Positions 11,996-24,633 of a DNA stretch of 64,000 nucleotides are shown here, piece by piece. This DNA is from Paecilomyces variotii. Lineage: Eukaryota. Each line of letters opens with the position of its first letter. Within the stretch, counting starts at the first letter, position 1. The DNA is taken from assembly GCA_004022145.1 (NCBI GenBank), contig RCNU01000004.1, one strand, 5' to 3'. The notes beneath the pieces are model-generated. The model worked only from the letters and a program-made list of their open reading frames with translations, was not told where the DNA came from and did not search any database. Position numbers and translations under genes: made by a program.

Positions 11996-13655
11996 ATCCG
12001 TTTTCGGGGTCTAATCTGCGGTGCGGTGAGATGTGATATGAGATTCCTTTTCTTTGATACCGTTCGCTGGTGGACATCACCAAGCAATGGCATTTCTTTC
12101 GGCTCTTCGAAGGCGTTTGTTTGAGGATTTAGGGACTTGTGCGAGGGGAATCGTATTCTCACTTCATCCACCTGTTCCTTCCCTCTCGCCGCTCTTCTTC
12201 TCTTTTTGATTCCCCTGAGTTCTGGCATTTCTTTGCGTTGCATAGGGGGAAGGGATCTGGAGTCGCCGATGGGACGATATGGATGAGATACGATGTGAAC
12301 TAGATCTCATTGTTTTTCGGGGCTTGATGGACGAGACGGCTGTTCTCCGCGCTGGGCTAGCCCAGGATAGCAGTCATGGTCTCGATGTTTGAAAGAGGAA
12401 CGACTTTTGGTTTCGAGGGTTGCCTTTGCCATCCGTGCTTGTCCTTTTCCTTTGCTACTACTGCGTGTGTTGATGATAAATGCTGTCGGTCGGGACGGGG
12501 ACTTTTTCGAGGGTTTGCATGATTCCCGCTGTGCTCCTTTATATGTAGTTATCCTTGAGGCGTTTCGCGTCCTATAATGTTTAGAACGCAGTCATTTGAT
12601 CAGCTCGTGTCTTGAAATATCCACATACGTCCGAATCGATGTAGCTTCATCTCTTAATCTTGCTATTCCTCTGAATTCAATTTTGGTTGTAGCACCCACC
12701 AGGCTACCATTGCGAAAAGCTGGATTCTTCTTCGAACGGACACAGAATCGTTCACAGGCGATTTTGCCAGCTAGCGACGATCAGGTGTCCTTTACGAGTT
12801 ATTAATAAGAGGATCATGGTAGATGTAAGTATCTAGATGGTAATCAGTGTTAGTGCAGAGAATAGTCATCATCACCATCAGCACCCAGATAGATTATAAT
12901 AAAAAAAAGATTATCCTTACCGACCAAGGGTTCAGGGGCAAGCAAGCAAGCAAGCAATCCCATGATGGCTACTATGTATCATCATGCCAAAAATGCATGA
13001 ATGGTCACCTGATCCAGTGCGCATCAGATCGAACCCCATCCCTGTGTTCTGCAATCTTTTTTTTGGTCGTCTGATGATATCGATCTTTTGCTTCAGGGAT
13101 AGAGTGACTACTCCTGAAATCTGAGTCGCTCGAGCCATGTGAGGCCTAACAAGTCCGAGCGGAGCCAAAGATATCTCCAGATGCAAGTCTATGTATGTAC
13201 TGTACATAGTACTAACTATACTTCTTCAATAATAATAATTGACTATTGCAGACGATTTATGCTTTGCGAATGGAAGGCTGGGCGTTTCATCTACTTGAAA
13301 CAATAGCGATACGCTAACTAAGTACGGAGGAATGGAATGATAGATCAACGTTCAAAGCCGATCGATATACTTCCGTGGCGGTCTGGACCGCTTAAAGCCT
13401 CCTAACTGGAAAGTGTGAACGAGATGAGGCGGACTGCTAATAATAATAATATTAATAGTACTATGTACTACTAGATAGACCTACTACTCTACCTAGAGTA
13501 AGTACCATATGGTGATGATCGCGCGCTGCGCGTGGCAGATTTGCGTATCGCAATATTAAGGTTATTCCGTTAGTTATCCACCATAAATTGTCAGATAGAT
13601 AGATAGATAACCTGTTTAGATAGTCTTGAAGATGCCAGAAACACGTGCGAAACCC

Positions 13656-13691
13656 GATGATCCCGTCCGGATTGATGATCCCGTCCGGATT
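13656..13691. repeat. Tandem duplication of the 18-mer GATGATCCCGTCCGGATT (2 copies)
   Basis: Exact adjacent repeat. Confidence 0.85.
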
Positions 13692-15839
13692 ATTGAGCCA
13701 AGCACGCGACGAGTCTGAGCAAGAAAGAAAAGAAGAAAGCGAAGAAAGCCATTCGAGGAAAAGCCAGTCGGTTGTCGCGTTCATGACGTGATCCCGGTGG
13801 CGATGGCGTGTTCGGAACGGTCGCACAGATCGAGGCCTTCTCCGCAAAAGCAAACAAAGATCGGTAGTTGGGGACACCGAAGTTTTTATTTGAACAGTTA
13901 CCTAACTTCTTCTAAGTTCTGAGAGTTCTCTCATTCTGCTCTACTAACTCGATCGTCGGGAGTGCGTACCGTAGTGTCTTAAGAGCCTTGCGGGAGCGGT
14001 TCGCAAGCTCTTGGCAGTTCCACGCTTTGGTAGGTATGTGCAGCACATAACTACAGTGTGCGTCTGCGATCTCTACTATCTGGAGTATGGATGTGTTCGT
14101 ATGTATCAACCACTTTTTAAACGCATGGCGGCTGCCGCTAGAAGATAGCGGCAAGATCGTCTCCACGTTCAGATGCAATTGGTGCTAACGGCGGCATCTT
14201 GCAGTTCGTCCTCTTGCCGTAAGAAGTATTATTATTTATTGATTGATGATTCTACCTTACAGGAATCGAGTAATAATACCTAGTTATGCCCTGTGGCTAG
14301 CTTGAGTTTTGAACACGCTTTTGTGTAAGCATTCGTTACACTTTGAAAAAGAGAAAAGCGATGACAGCAAGTTGAGCATCGGCACGGGGACAACTGCCGA
14401 AGGTGGGAGGTATATTTTTTTTTTCTCACAGACGATCAAGGAAAAAAGAACGTGTCTTGTTCTTTCCAGATTATTGTCACCATCGCCGGTTGATATGGCG
14501 TCTTCTAACGACTTGCTGATTGGGCCGAGTCCCGCTGCCACTGATCGACTGCGCGGAGCGGATGTTGTGGTCCTCGATGATGCGGCCCTCGTCTGGGCAG
14601 CTTCTCATTGGCTGAAATCCTGACTGCCGACACCGCCTTGCCGGAAGCGGGAGTCTAAGCGAACCCAGCTTCATCATCGCGTCGGCCGATGCTCGAGTTA
14701 CGAATACTCTGAGATGCCCCTGGGATACAGAATCAATTATTATCATTAATTAATTATTACGGCCAGAATGCGCAGAGGATGCAAACAACTTCGTGCAATC
14801 AAAGCAACGCGAGCAGAACTAGTAATTCCAATCCAATGGGCCAGGTCCTTGGGATTGCCTTGGCTGGACCCATCCCGCTCACCAAGCTTGCCCCGATGGA
14901 CCTGCATGTTCTAACTAACTTCTCAGGGTCGTGGAGAATTTACTGCTGGGGCGATGACCAAGAGGGTCTCTTATCGATCTAGTTCTTCCCTGACCAGGGC
15001 AGCATAATAATAATAATACTAATATGCTGTCGAAGCGGCCTACTACTAAAGAAATTAAGAATATATCGGTGTCTCTGCTCCGCCCGGACCTCCCGTACCT
15101 AGGGATTATTACTCTACTATACCTCCACCCTGTGTCCGTTCTGTTCTCTTCTCCCTACCATCTGGCCACATCTAATCTATCGAGAACGCCTGTTCTGACT
15201 GACACGAGTGCGCAGTGGAGTGGCACCTGGGAGCCCTCGGTTTTTCTTCCGCTGCTTGTCACAATTTCTCGAGGCGAAACGAACCGCCACCGTTGCTCAG
15301 ATTGCGAGCATCTGTTGATTTTCCCTGGGGGATAGTTACTACTTTCCTTGCACCTTTAAAGGGAATCCCGTTACGCTTCTTTTGCAATTGACCTCGACCA
15401 AATTCCCCACGTGGGTTATATAATAATATACGTTGCGTCGTGTTTGTGGCGCGTCTCGCGCTGTCGAGTGCTGAAATCACGACATCCTTAGCGGATATTG
15501 GCCTTACCTCCCCAGATCTCTCTGCCACAGTCTAGCCCTGTCAACCGCGTGTCTACCAACAGGAATGGGGACTTTCTAAGCCTCTCTCTTGTCTGATCGA
15601 TCACGTTTCCCAAGTCTCCGTCACGCAAAAGACGGGTCGGGGTTTTTGTTATATAGTTGAGCCCCTTCCTCTCCTAATCAGGGCTTTTTTTGGGGAACCT
15701 GTCCACAACCTTCCCGGTTGTCTCCACGATCCTGGCCTTGACGAACTCTTTTTTTATTTTTTTTTTTTGGAAAGCCAGACCTAACTCAGCGGGGAACGTT
15801 GAGGTTCACTCCTTTCGCAGCCAAGGAGACATCCCAGTC

Positions 15840-18470
15840 ATGGCTGGTCCGAAGGCTTCAAAGGTCGGCCACGTCCTCGCAAAGGGCCTGGGCATCAAGG
15901 TCCAGTATCGAGACCCTTTGGGAGCCGGGGGAGACCCTGTTACTCGCGGTGAATCGACTTTCTCGACCGGTACAGCAGACACCTATGTCGAGCCCGAGCC
16001 AACCACGGCCGAATGGATTCGCGAACATTTTCCAACATGGCGCCAGGTCGGACACTATTTCTACAGTCTGTTCCCATTTCTGCAATGGATCACAAGGTAC
16101 AACCGACAGTGGTTGTTTGGTGACCTGGTAGCCGGTATGCTTTCTCATCCTCTCATTGATATGCTCCCATAGGTATGCTGACACCTCCGTTATTAGGGAT
16201 AACGGTCGGTGCTGTCGTCGTGCCCCAAGGTATGGCTTATGCTAAGCTGGCCGAGCTGCCGGTTCAATACGGCCTGTACTCCTCGTTCATGGGCGTGTTG
16301 CTCTATTGGTTCTTTGCCACCTCAAAGGACATTACCATTGGAGTAAGCGACACGATTCAATCCCTTCATTAGAGAAAAAACCTCCTAACTGTTTCTTCAG
16401 CCCGTTGCTGTCATGTCAACCCTGACCGGCGATATTGTCCTCAGAGCAAAGGCAGAACATCCGGACATCCCAGGTCACATCATTGCGTCTGCTCTGGCTA
16501 TCATCGCTGGGGCCATTGTTTGTTTCATCGGTTTAATCAGATGCGGTTGGATTGTGGACTTCATCCCGTTGACGGCCATTTCGGCATTCATGACTGGATC
16601 CGCCATCAACATCATAGCTGGACAAGTTTCAACCATGCTGGGAGAAGCTAAATTCAACACGAAGGCTGCCACTTACATGGTCATCATCAACACCCTCAAG
16701 TTTCTCCCCACCTGCAAGCTAGATGCGGCGATGGGCTTGACGGCCCTGGCCATGCTTTACATCATCCGATACGCTTGTACATACGCAGCGAAGAAGAATC
16801 CTCGGCGGGCCAAGTTGTTCTTCTTCATGTCGACTATGCGGACGGTGTTCGTGATCTTGTTTTACACCATGATCAGCGCTGCAACGAACCTCCACCGCCG
16901 AAGCAACCCGGCGTTCAAGCTTCTAGGTACTGTACCTCGAGGCTTCCAGCAAGCTGGAAAGCCGGTGGTGACGACCGAGATCATCAAGATATTTGCAAAC
17001 GACATCCCTGCCGCAGTGATCGTGCTGCTCATCGAACACATTGCCATCTCCAAGTCTTTCGGCCGAGTCAACAACTACACGATTGACCCGTCTCAGGAAC
17101 TGGTCGCGATCGGCGTCACCAATCTGCTTGGTCCCTTTCTGGGCGCCTACCCCGCAACAGGCTCCTTCTCCAGAACGGCCATTAAATCCAAAGCCGGTGT
17201 CCGCACTCCGTTGGCTGGCTTGATCACCGCGATCGTTGTCTTACTTGCCATTTACGCTCTCCCGGCATTGTTCTTCTACATCCCTCAAGCGTCGCTCTCG
17301 GGGGTTATCATCCATGCTGTTGGCGATCTGATCACTCCGCCTAACACCGTTTATCAGTTTTGGCGGGTCTCGCCCATCGAAGCGATCATTTTCTTCATTG
17401 GTGTCATTGTTACCATCTTTTCTTCCATCGAGAACGGCATCTACACCACTATCTGTGTCTCTGTCGCTGTCCTGTTATTCCGAGTGGTGAAGGCACAGGG
17501 CCACTTCCTTGGTCGAGTGAAAATTCACTCGGTGGTGGGGGATCACTTGCTCGATCCTGACGGAAAATATGGCGCTCTCGCCGGGAGCCAGCCGCGGGAA
17601 CCCCAGGATACAGACATCGCGTATCGCAACGTCTTCCTTCCGACGGATCACCAAGACGGCTCGAATCCCATGGTGGAGCCAGAACAGCCGCATCCCGGTA
17701 TCTTCATCTACCGATTTACTGAAGGATTCAACTACCCCAACGCGAACCACTACACCGATTATCTCGTCGCGACGATCTTCAAGGCCACTCGGCGAACAAA
17801 CCTCCAGACATATCCCAGACTGGGAGATCGGCCCTGGAATGATCCCGGACCCCGTCGCGGTAAGACGGAGGACGACCGCTCGGATCTTCCGACACTCAAA
17901 GCGATCATTCTTGATTTCTCCTCTGTGAACAACGTCGATGTCACCTCCATCCAGAACCTGATCGATGTCCGCAACCAGCTGGATATGTATGCTGCCCCGG
18001 AGCCTGTCCAGTGGCACTTTGCCCACATCAATAACCGATGGACCAAGAGAGCCCTCGCGTCAGCAGGATTTGGATACCCCACTCCCGTCCAGGACTCCGG
18101 GTTCAGACGATGGAAGCCCATCTTCAGTGTGGCGGAAATCGGAGGCAGTTCTTCAGCCGCGGCCGCGGCCGATATTGTGAATCAACAACAAGACTTGAAG
18201 GTTGAGGATGTCGAATCTGGCGTCGTTCGGCAATCTCACACTACCGAACGTGAAAGACATGGCGTTGAGGGCAGCTCAGACGGTAGCAATGACGGCGACG
18301 ACCTGCGGCGGGAGCTGACCAGCAGCAAGGCCTATCACCATCGGAAGGTGGCCCTTGTGCAGGGCATCAACCGACCGCTCTTCCACATTGACTTGACGAG
18401 CGCTCTTCAAAGTGCCATTGCCAATGCTGAAGAGCTCGAAGCATATAAAAAGGGTCTCACAGAGGAATGA
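15840..18470 (+). CDS. sB: SulP/SLC26 sulfate permease with STAS domain (A. nidulans sB / yeast Sul1-2 type); exons 15840-16134, 16197-16342, 16401-18470
   Basis: Motifs GDLVAGITVGAVVVPQGMAYA, YGLYSSF, TSKDITIGPVAV, EHIAISKSF and TGSFSRTA, plus STAS motif IILDFSSVNNVDVT. Confidence 0.93.
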
Positions 18471-19369
18471 TTTCGTGTGTAAATCCCGTCTCACCTGGCG
18501 TGGTGACGGGGAATTGAGAATTTCCTATATATATCAGGAGTCAATGACGTCCCTCGAGTCTATCTATCTATCGTTTCGCAATCGGGTTGGTTATCTGTAT
18601 ATAGAATCGGGGTGGTGATTTCTTTTTTTTTAAGAAGAAAAAAGGGGGATTTTTCTTCGTCCCCTCAGCTTCAAGGTTGCTTTGATGGTGGTTTGAATCT
18701 TCTTTTTTTTTGATGTTATAGATCATACCCGTGGTCATGTTCCACATGTACTTAGATTTGTTAATGGTGATTTCTTTTGATGAACTATAACGATTTCAAT
18801 CTGTTTACTTGATACATGTAGCAGAGTAAAGTACAGTAGTACAGTAGTTAGCAGAAAGAAGCAGAAGCTTATAACTAATTATCATTAACCGCTAACTATC
18901 GAAAACGTTATAATTAATAATTAATTACTCATTCAAAAGACCCGATACTTCATCATGGAGAGTTTTCCTTTCATCTTAGCTGAATTTGCCACTTCCCTAT
19001 TATTTATTCTATCTATCTATCTTCTTATGCCCAGATAGTGGATAGACCCCCCCCCCCCCTCCCCCTCCTTCCCCGTAAAGTAAGTAATACCATATAACTA
19101 ACTAGTTCTCGCTACTACAAATAAATAAACCAGCATCTACAACATAAAAGAATCGGGCTATAAATAACTTTGTACGCGAACTATGTCTGTTCTCTCTCTC
19201 ATACAGTTAAGCTTTCTAATAACATTATCGTTGTATTAGTTACATTCTGTTGCCGTTGTATGTATGTACATAATTGCGATATTCTGATGCAAAAAGAAAA
19301 TAAAAAAGAAATAGAATCGAGCGTGAAAGGGGTAGAGCAAGCAAGCTGATTTAGAATCTACTTTCTGGC

Positions 19370-19374
<5 letters not shown>

Positions 19375-19410
<36 letters not shown>
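19375..19410. repeat. (TA)18 microsatellite, flanked by (AAG)n and (TTTC)n low-complexity runs to ~19650
   Basis: Read directly. Confidence 0.9.
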
Positions 19411-19411
<1 letters not shown>

Positions 19412-19693
19412 CTTTGTTTTCTTTTGCAATGGATAATTACCTATCAAGAGAAGAAAAGAATACAATATGATACATATCGATATGTTATCGGGAAGAAAGA
19501 GAAGAAGAAGAAGAAGAAGAAAGAAAATATCAATTCCAATCCTGTCCTTCCTTCCTTCCTTCCTGCTAAATCCATATTCCATTCTCACTATTCACATCAT
19601 CACACTCGACAATAAACCATTCTTTCTTTCTTTCTTTCTTTCTTTCTTTCATATCCATTTCCCCTGCTCCCCCCCACCCCCCCGGAGTGTTGA

Positions 19694-20272
19694 TCACCTC
19701 AAAACACCACCCACCCCAGCCCACCCCAATACGAACCCACTCAACGCCTCACTGAACACACCACCACCAAACCAAACATCCCTCCACGCACCTTTCCTCC
19801 AAATCACCCTCCTCCTCCCACTCTTCTTCTCGCGCTCACCCACCCAAATCCTTCCCTTCATATCAATCCCCTCAATCTCCCCCCCACTACTACCAGGGAA
19901 GAAAGATCCCGCCGCAGCAGCAGCATTCTTACCGGATCCAAGAATAATAAGCAAGAGATGAAAGAGACCCGAGACGAAGATCGTGCCGAGGAAATAGAAT
20001 ATGAAGCCCTGGGCGGATTGGAGGGCGAGAATGCCTGCGCTGAGACCGAGGAGGAAGGCGGTTAGGGAGTGGAGGCTTGAGAGGATCTGTGATAATGAAG
20101 AAGGATCGAGTTAGGTTCTTGTTTTTTTTTCTTTTGCTGAAGAAGATAGACAGACAGGAAGGGAGGGAGGGAGGGATGATGAGGTTTGTTTGCTTACTCG
20201 GTAATTATGCTGGATGGATTCAGGAACGATGGGATTGATGAGGAGGGAGAGTTCTTGTTTTGTTGGTGGCAT
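19694..20272 (-). CDS. EMC6: ER membrane protein complex subunit 6-like, 155 aa; exons 20272-20198, 20086-19694
   Basis: The spliced product is MPPTKQELSLLINPIVPESIQHNYR|ILSSLHSLTAFLLGLSAGILALQSAQGFIFYF...LSGFVLGW. HN...AGIL.L.S..GF.FY is the EMC6/TMEM93 pattern. Intron 20197-20087 (gtaagc...ctaac...cag). The ORF track captures only part of it. Confidence 0.82.
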
Positions 20273-21273
20273 GGTTGCTGCTGTTGCGGGAATTCGACTC
20301 GAGGTAGTAATAATTGGAGCTGGTTCTTTCGTCGTAGAGTGTTTCCGCTAGTGTTGAGGGAGATTGTCTTTTCTCGTGATGTTGAAAGAGATGCCAATCG
20401 ATGCGCTGAGGAAGTTCAGTCTTGATGGTTCGAGCTCGTAATGTTACTGTCTTCGAGGGTTAAAAACAGAGTTGAATGAAAAATAACAAGCCCGATCACT
20501 GAATCAACGATCTAACCAGTTTGTGACAGGCACAGTATGTCTTTTCGTGGCCTGGGGGTGAGGATATATCCGTCTAGTGTCTGATGCGCAGTGCAGGTGA
20601 GGTTCGGGGTCGAGCTCCGGAGCGCGCGGGCCACATCCGGCCGCCGCATACCTAGATGCAGCACCTTTGGTTGATACTTTGCTAGCATGCTACGAAGGGC
20701 GAAATCGAGCAGTTTACAAGATTGAAATATCCAGATAATTCTCGCAAATGGTCTATGTGCACATCCTTATTCTTAACCGTATCTTGCGCTATGAGTCCGT
20801 TAAATGAGATCGTCAACTTCTTGCTTAGATTCATGAGTCCCAGTTCGCTCGGAAAATGAAAATCACGCATCCTGAAAATTAGACTGGAGACACTGTGGTG
20901 ACTCAATTACAGAGTGGAAGTAAAAGAAAAAGAAGAAGGACAGAACACAGTCATAAATAATATGCCTCCGCTGACATTCCAGCACTCTCTCGGAGATCGC
21001 TCCTGTCAGGAAGCATCCGTGGCCCTATATCATCTGAGTCGTACATGCGACCATTAAGAGCCAAAACACACCAATGGAATAGATACAAAAATTGGCCAGT
21101 TGCTCTCGGGTATGACAACAGTTGTGCCTATAACAGGGCGGTTCCAAACCGCCCACAGACGTCATTCCAAAAATTCACAGCGACTTTTCTTCTCAGCTCC
21201 TCTCAGTTACCACTTTTGGATCGTGTCGGACTGCCCAAGCAGAAACAAAGAACGACTGGGGATATATGTCGGA

Positions 21274-23236
21274 TTATAAAGCGTGGTCCAGCTTGCCCTC
21301 CGCCTTGGCCTCCCTCACTTGCTCAAAGACCTAGATCATAAAGTAGTTAGCATTGCTGACTTGCCAGAACTGTACCGTTATCCAAGCTCACCTTCAGCAT
21401 CTTGTTCCTGGCTCCAAGGGCATTTACTCCCCGCTCCTCCAGGCCTTTGTCGTCCAACTCAACCAGTTCAGTCCATTTCAGATCCTTCAGGTTGTCTGTG
21501 TACTTGTGCAGGCGCAGAGACCGGAGCCAGGCAGGAATGTCCTGCAGGAGGTTAGGGTCGGTTGGATCCTCTGGCGGCTTAGAGCTGCCGCGACGACCAC
21601 GGGGAGAGCGGCCACGAGTGACCTCGGAGTGGTCCGAGAGATAGCCTTCGTGTCCAAGGCCAAACTGGCTCAGACCAAGAGCACCCAGTCCATTCGCCAG
21701 AAGGGGGTTGCTATTGGGATCATATGCGGCGAGGAAACCGTTGTTCTGTGGCGAAGTAAATCCCACAGGACCCAACGATCCCCCCTGCATGGCCAATCCA
21801 GGGGAGTTGGGACGCGAGCGCCGGCCTGCCATTGCCGCTTGCTGCTGAGCTTGCAGAGCAGCAATCTGTTGGGCGTTCAGGGCCTGGCCAGCATCATTCA
21901 CCATTACCAGATTTGCTCCTGGAATGTTCGTGTGCGGGAGTCCTGGAGACAGAACTTGACCGGCATTCGAATTCTTTCCGTGGCCATCGTTAGACCGCGC
22001 ACGGCGGTACTTTCGAGCATCGTCCAGAGCGATGCGGTTGTTCACAGTAGACAATGCCGCAAGCTTCATAGCGGTTGCATTAGCAACCATATCGGCCTGA
22101 GAGGCCGCACTCTGCTGCGTGTTGAAAGTGGCCGCCATCGGTGTGTTTGACATCGAAGCCCAGCTCGCGTTGCCAAGATTATACGGAGACAAGAGAGGAG
22201 GATCGGCGGAGAGATCATGCCCGGTCGAGATCTGGCCAGGGCGAGGGGAACGGAGACTCGAAGCGGGCTGGCTGAACTGACCCATTGGTTGCTGCTGACC
22301 GGAGGAAGACTTGGGGCGCGCAATTGGAGGCTGAGTTTCGGGGCCTCGCTGAGCCCATGGCGACGATGGCGGCTGGCCCAAGTTCTCGTTGTCCGGGGCG
22401 GAGATGGTGGGCGTGACAAGAGAGGTACGGTCGCCGCCAAAGACAGCACTGTTGCGGTTTGAGGTTGGCGCATTACCCGTTTGTTGAGTGAATTCCGCCT
22501 TCTTCTTTGCAATAGCCGCAGCAGCATCCGGGAACATAGCGTTGATCGTAGAGGAGTCCAGTCCTGAGTTCCGTTTGGCGCCGGGAGAAGGTGGCGGGCG
22601 ACCCAGCGAGTTGCGGGAGCTGTCCACATTCAACTTGGCCATGGCATCATTCAGACGGTTCGACATGGGATCTATAAAGCTGTCAGAGTCTAGAACCAGC
22701 CAAACAATATACTCCAAGCTGCAAAACTTACCCTTTTCCCCAAAGTTGGCAGGCGACAGGACACCAGACATCGGATGGCTTTTGGCCATCTGCTGCAAAA
22801 CCTGGATGAAAAAGCGAATCTGAACCTGAGTAGTCTGTTGCAGCAGGGCGTAGAGAGCAGCCGTCCTTTCCGCTTCGCTCAAGACGCGGAACCACTGTTC
22901 AATCGCACTCAGCTCATCCTTGAAGTCCTGATCTAACGTGGCGGCAGCCATCTCCTCCAGAGTTGTCTCATACTGGTCGATGTCGGCAATCCACTGTTGC
23001 GCAGCACGGTCAAGAGCGTCGTCATTGTTGCTTTGATTTTGGGATTGTTGGTTGTAGAAGACTTCCGACGAAGGACGTATGCTCCGCGAGGAAAGAGGAG
23101 ACGGGAATCCCGACATGTCCGCTGAAGCTCGCAGTTGATGGGAGCCTCCCAGGTTACGAGAGGACGACGGAGGACGAAGAGAGGACTTCGAAGCGTCCGG
23201 GGTGCTGTTGCGGTTTCCGATGATGTGGCTAGCCAT
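21274..23236 (-). CDS. VTS1: SAM-domain RNA-binding protein Vts1 (Smaug family); exons 23236-22732, 22671-21392, 21331-21274 (the last exon has an apparent 1-nt insertion)
   Basis: N-terminal [18 protein letters not shown] and SAM domain [14 protein letters not shown]...[18 protein letters not shown]. Introns 22731-22672 and 21391-21332. The end coordinate assumes the frameshift is corrected. Confidence 0.9.
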
Positions 23237-24300
23237 GGTGAAGTGCTATGGCGGCAAACGGGGCAGTCCAACCGGTGAATGTCGCAAAAAGTGGAACAAT
23301 AGGTACAGTTAATAATTACTGCAAAGCTCCTGCAGCGCCTGCTGAGTTTGCGAATATTTTTTTTGTTTTTTTCGAGATATGTTCGAGTGATAATCGGACT
23401 GATTCCGGCTCCGAAAAGAGTCGTCAAGCAGGGCACAAGAAAACCCTGGCGAGAAAAGACTTCCGACAGAAGAACCCGACAGCAAACGCTCTAGGCGATA
23501 ACAATTAGGGCACAGGCCAGGCCAGCGGCTGCACTCCTTGATTCGATTGCAAAGGTTGTGATCGAACCGGAAGGCATCAAAGGGTTGAGGGATAGGCGAG
23601 CGTCCAGACGGTTTTTCGGGGGGGCGTGAGAGTTGATTAAGACAGGAACGAGAGGATGACAGGACGGAGCCGTGTGTCAAACACAGAATAGCTCTCAACC
23701 CTGGAGCATCAAGGGAAAAAAAGAAACGAAACGGACAACGCGGTGGGAGAAACCGGTCTGGGGATTTGGGAGGCGGGGAGAAGAGGAAGAAGGAAAAAAG
23801 AGGACAAACAGTGGATGGAAGAGCGATGGAAGTGGATGAAGCGAGCCAGAGCGACGAGAGAGAGAGAGAGAGAGAAGAGAGAGACCGCCCGCAGAACCGC
23901 CAGAGCCAGAACCAGGCCAGAACCCCAACTTTGCCGCACAAAACACTGCTCTAGATACGGCCCTAACTGGAACAGCCTTAGTGAGCTATCTTATTTCTGT
24001 GCATCAATCCCTTTACCATAATTAATTAATCCCTCTCACTAGCGATCCCTTCGGGAGGCTTAAGCTCCTTTTTCTGCCCAGGAACTCCCTCGACACGCGC
24101 CACACCCGGTCCATCGCCGGTGGGGATGGCGCTATGAAATAATCATGAAAAGCAGATGGATCGCCTCCCATTTCACTTCCGGCAGATCTGATCAGGATCT
24201 CAACTGGTCGTGAACGCGCCTTGTCGGTGGCATGCAGGCAGATCTCAGGGTCCTGTCTGTCCAGTGCTCTCCACGCCCATACTTGGATCTTCACTCCTGC

Positions 24301-24309
24301 GACTCGAAC
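24301..24309 (-). promoter_or_regulatory. Isolated B-box-like motif GTTCGAGTC upstream of TFC4
   Basis: Matches the Pol III B-box core GWTCRANNC. No tRNA T-stem or cloverleaf surrounds it. Confidence 0.25.
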
Positions 24310-24633
24310 TCCGTCTTGTCCCCGACCTCATCTAGATCTGTGCAGGTTTCTTACTAGGCGTCTGCTAGTCTGGCGGCTTCCTGCAGTTCTCTTCCAAAAA
24401 TAGCAATCCCAACTGTGTTCTTTGACCCTTTGGGGGACGATCTATTGCTTCGTACTTGAGGGTGCCTGCAGCAAAGGCTAGTGCTCGCTGCACACTTTGG
24501 CATAGGTCCTCGAGAGACCCAATCACAGCCCTTCTCTGTATCAACAGTCAAGTTCTTGGCTTTCTAACCAACAAGACAAACTAACTACCATCTTAGCAGA
24601 TAGTGGACTGAGGAGCTCAGCTCTGCCGCCAGA

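Noticed and set aside
14309..14746. Short ORFs in the YDJ1-sB spacer
   Set aside because: No homology cues, splice structure or codon bias.
16135..16196. Internal ...catag|gtatgc in sulfate permease intron 1, suggesting a twin or recursive intron
   Set aside because: The two parts would be 38 and 24 nt, too short for separate splicing. A single 62-nt intron explains the frame.
20420..20440. GGTTCGA T-loop-like motifs (also near 4041, 52210 and 56027) as possible tRNAs
   Set aside because: No T-stem pairing, D-arm or acceptor stem around any of them.
23309..24021. Several overlapping ORFs upstream of VTS1
   Set aside because: They derive from GA/CT-rich low-complexity promoter and 5'UTR sequence.
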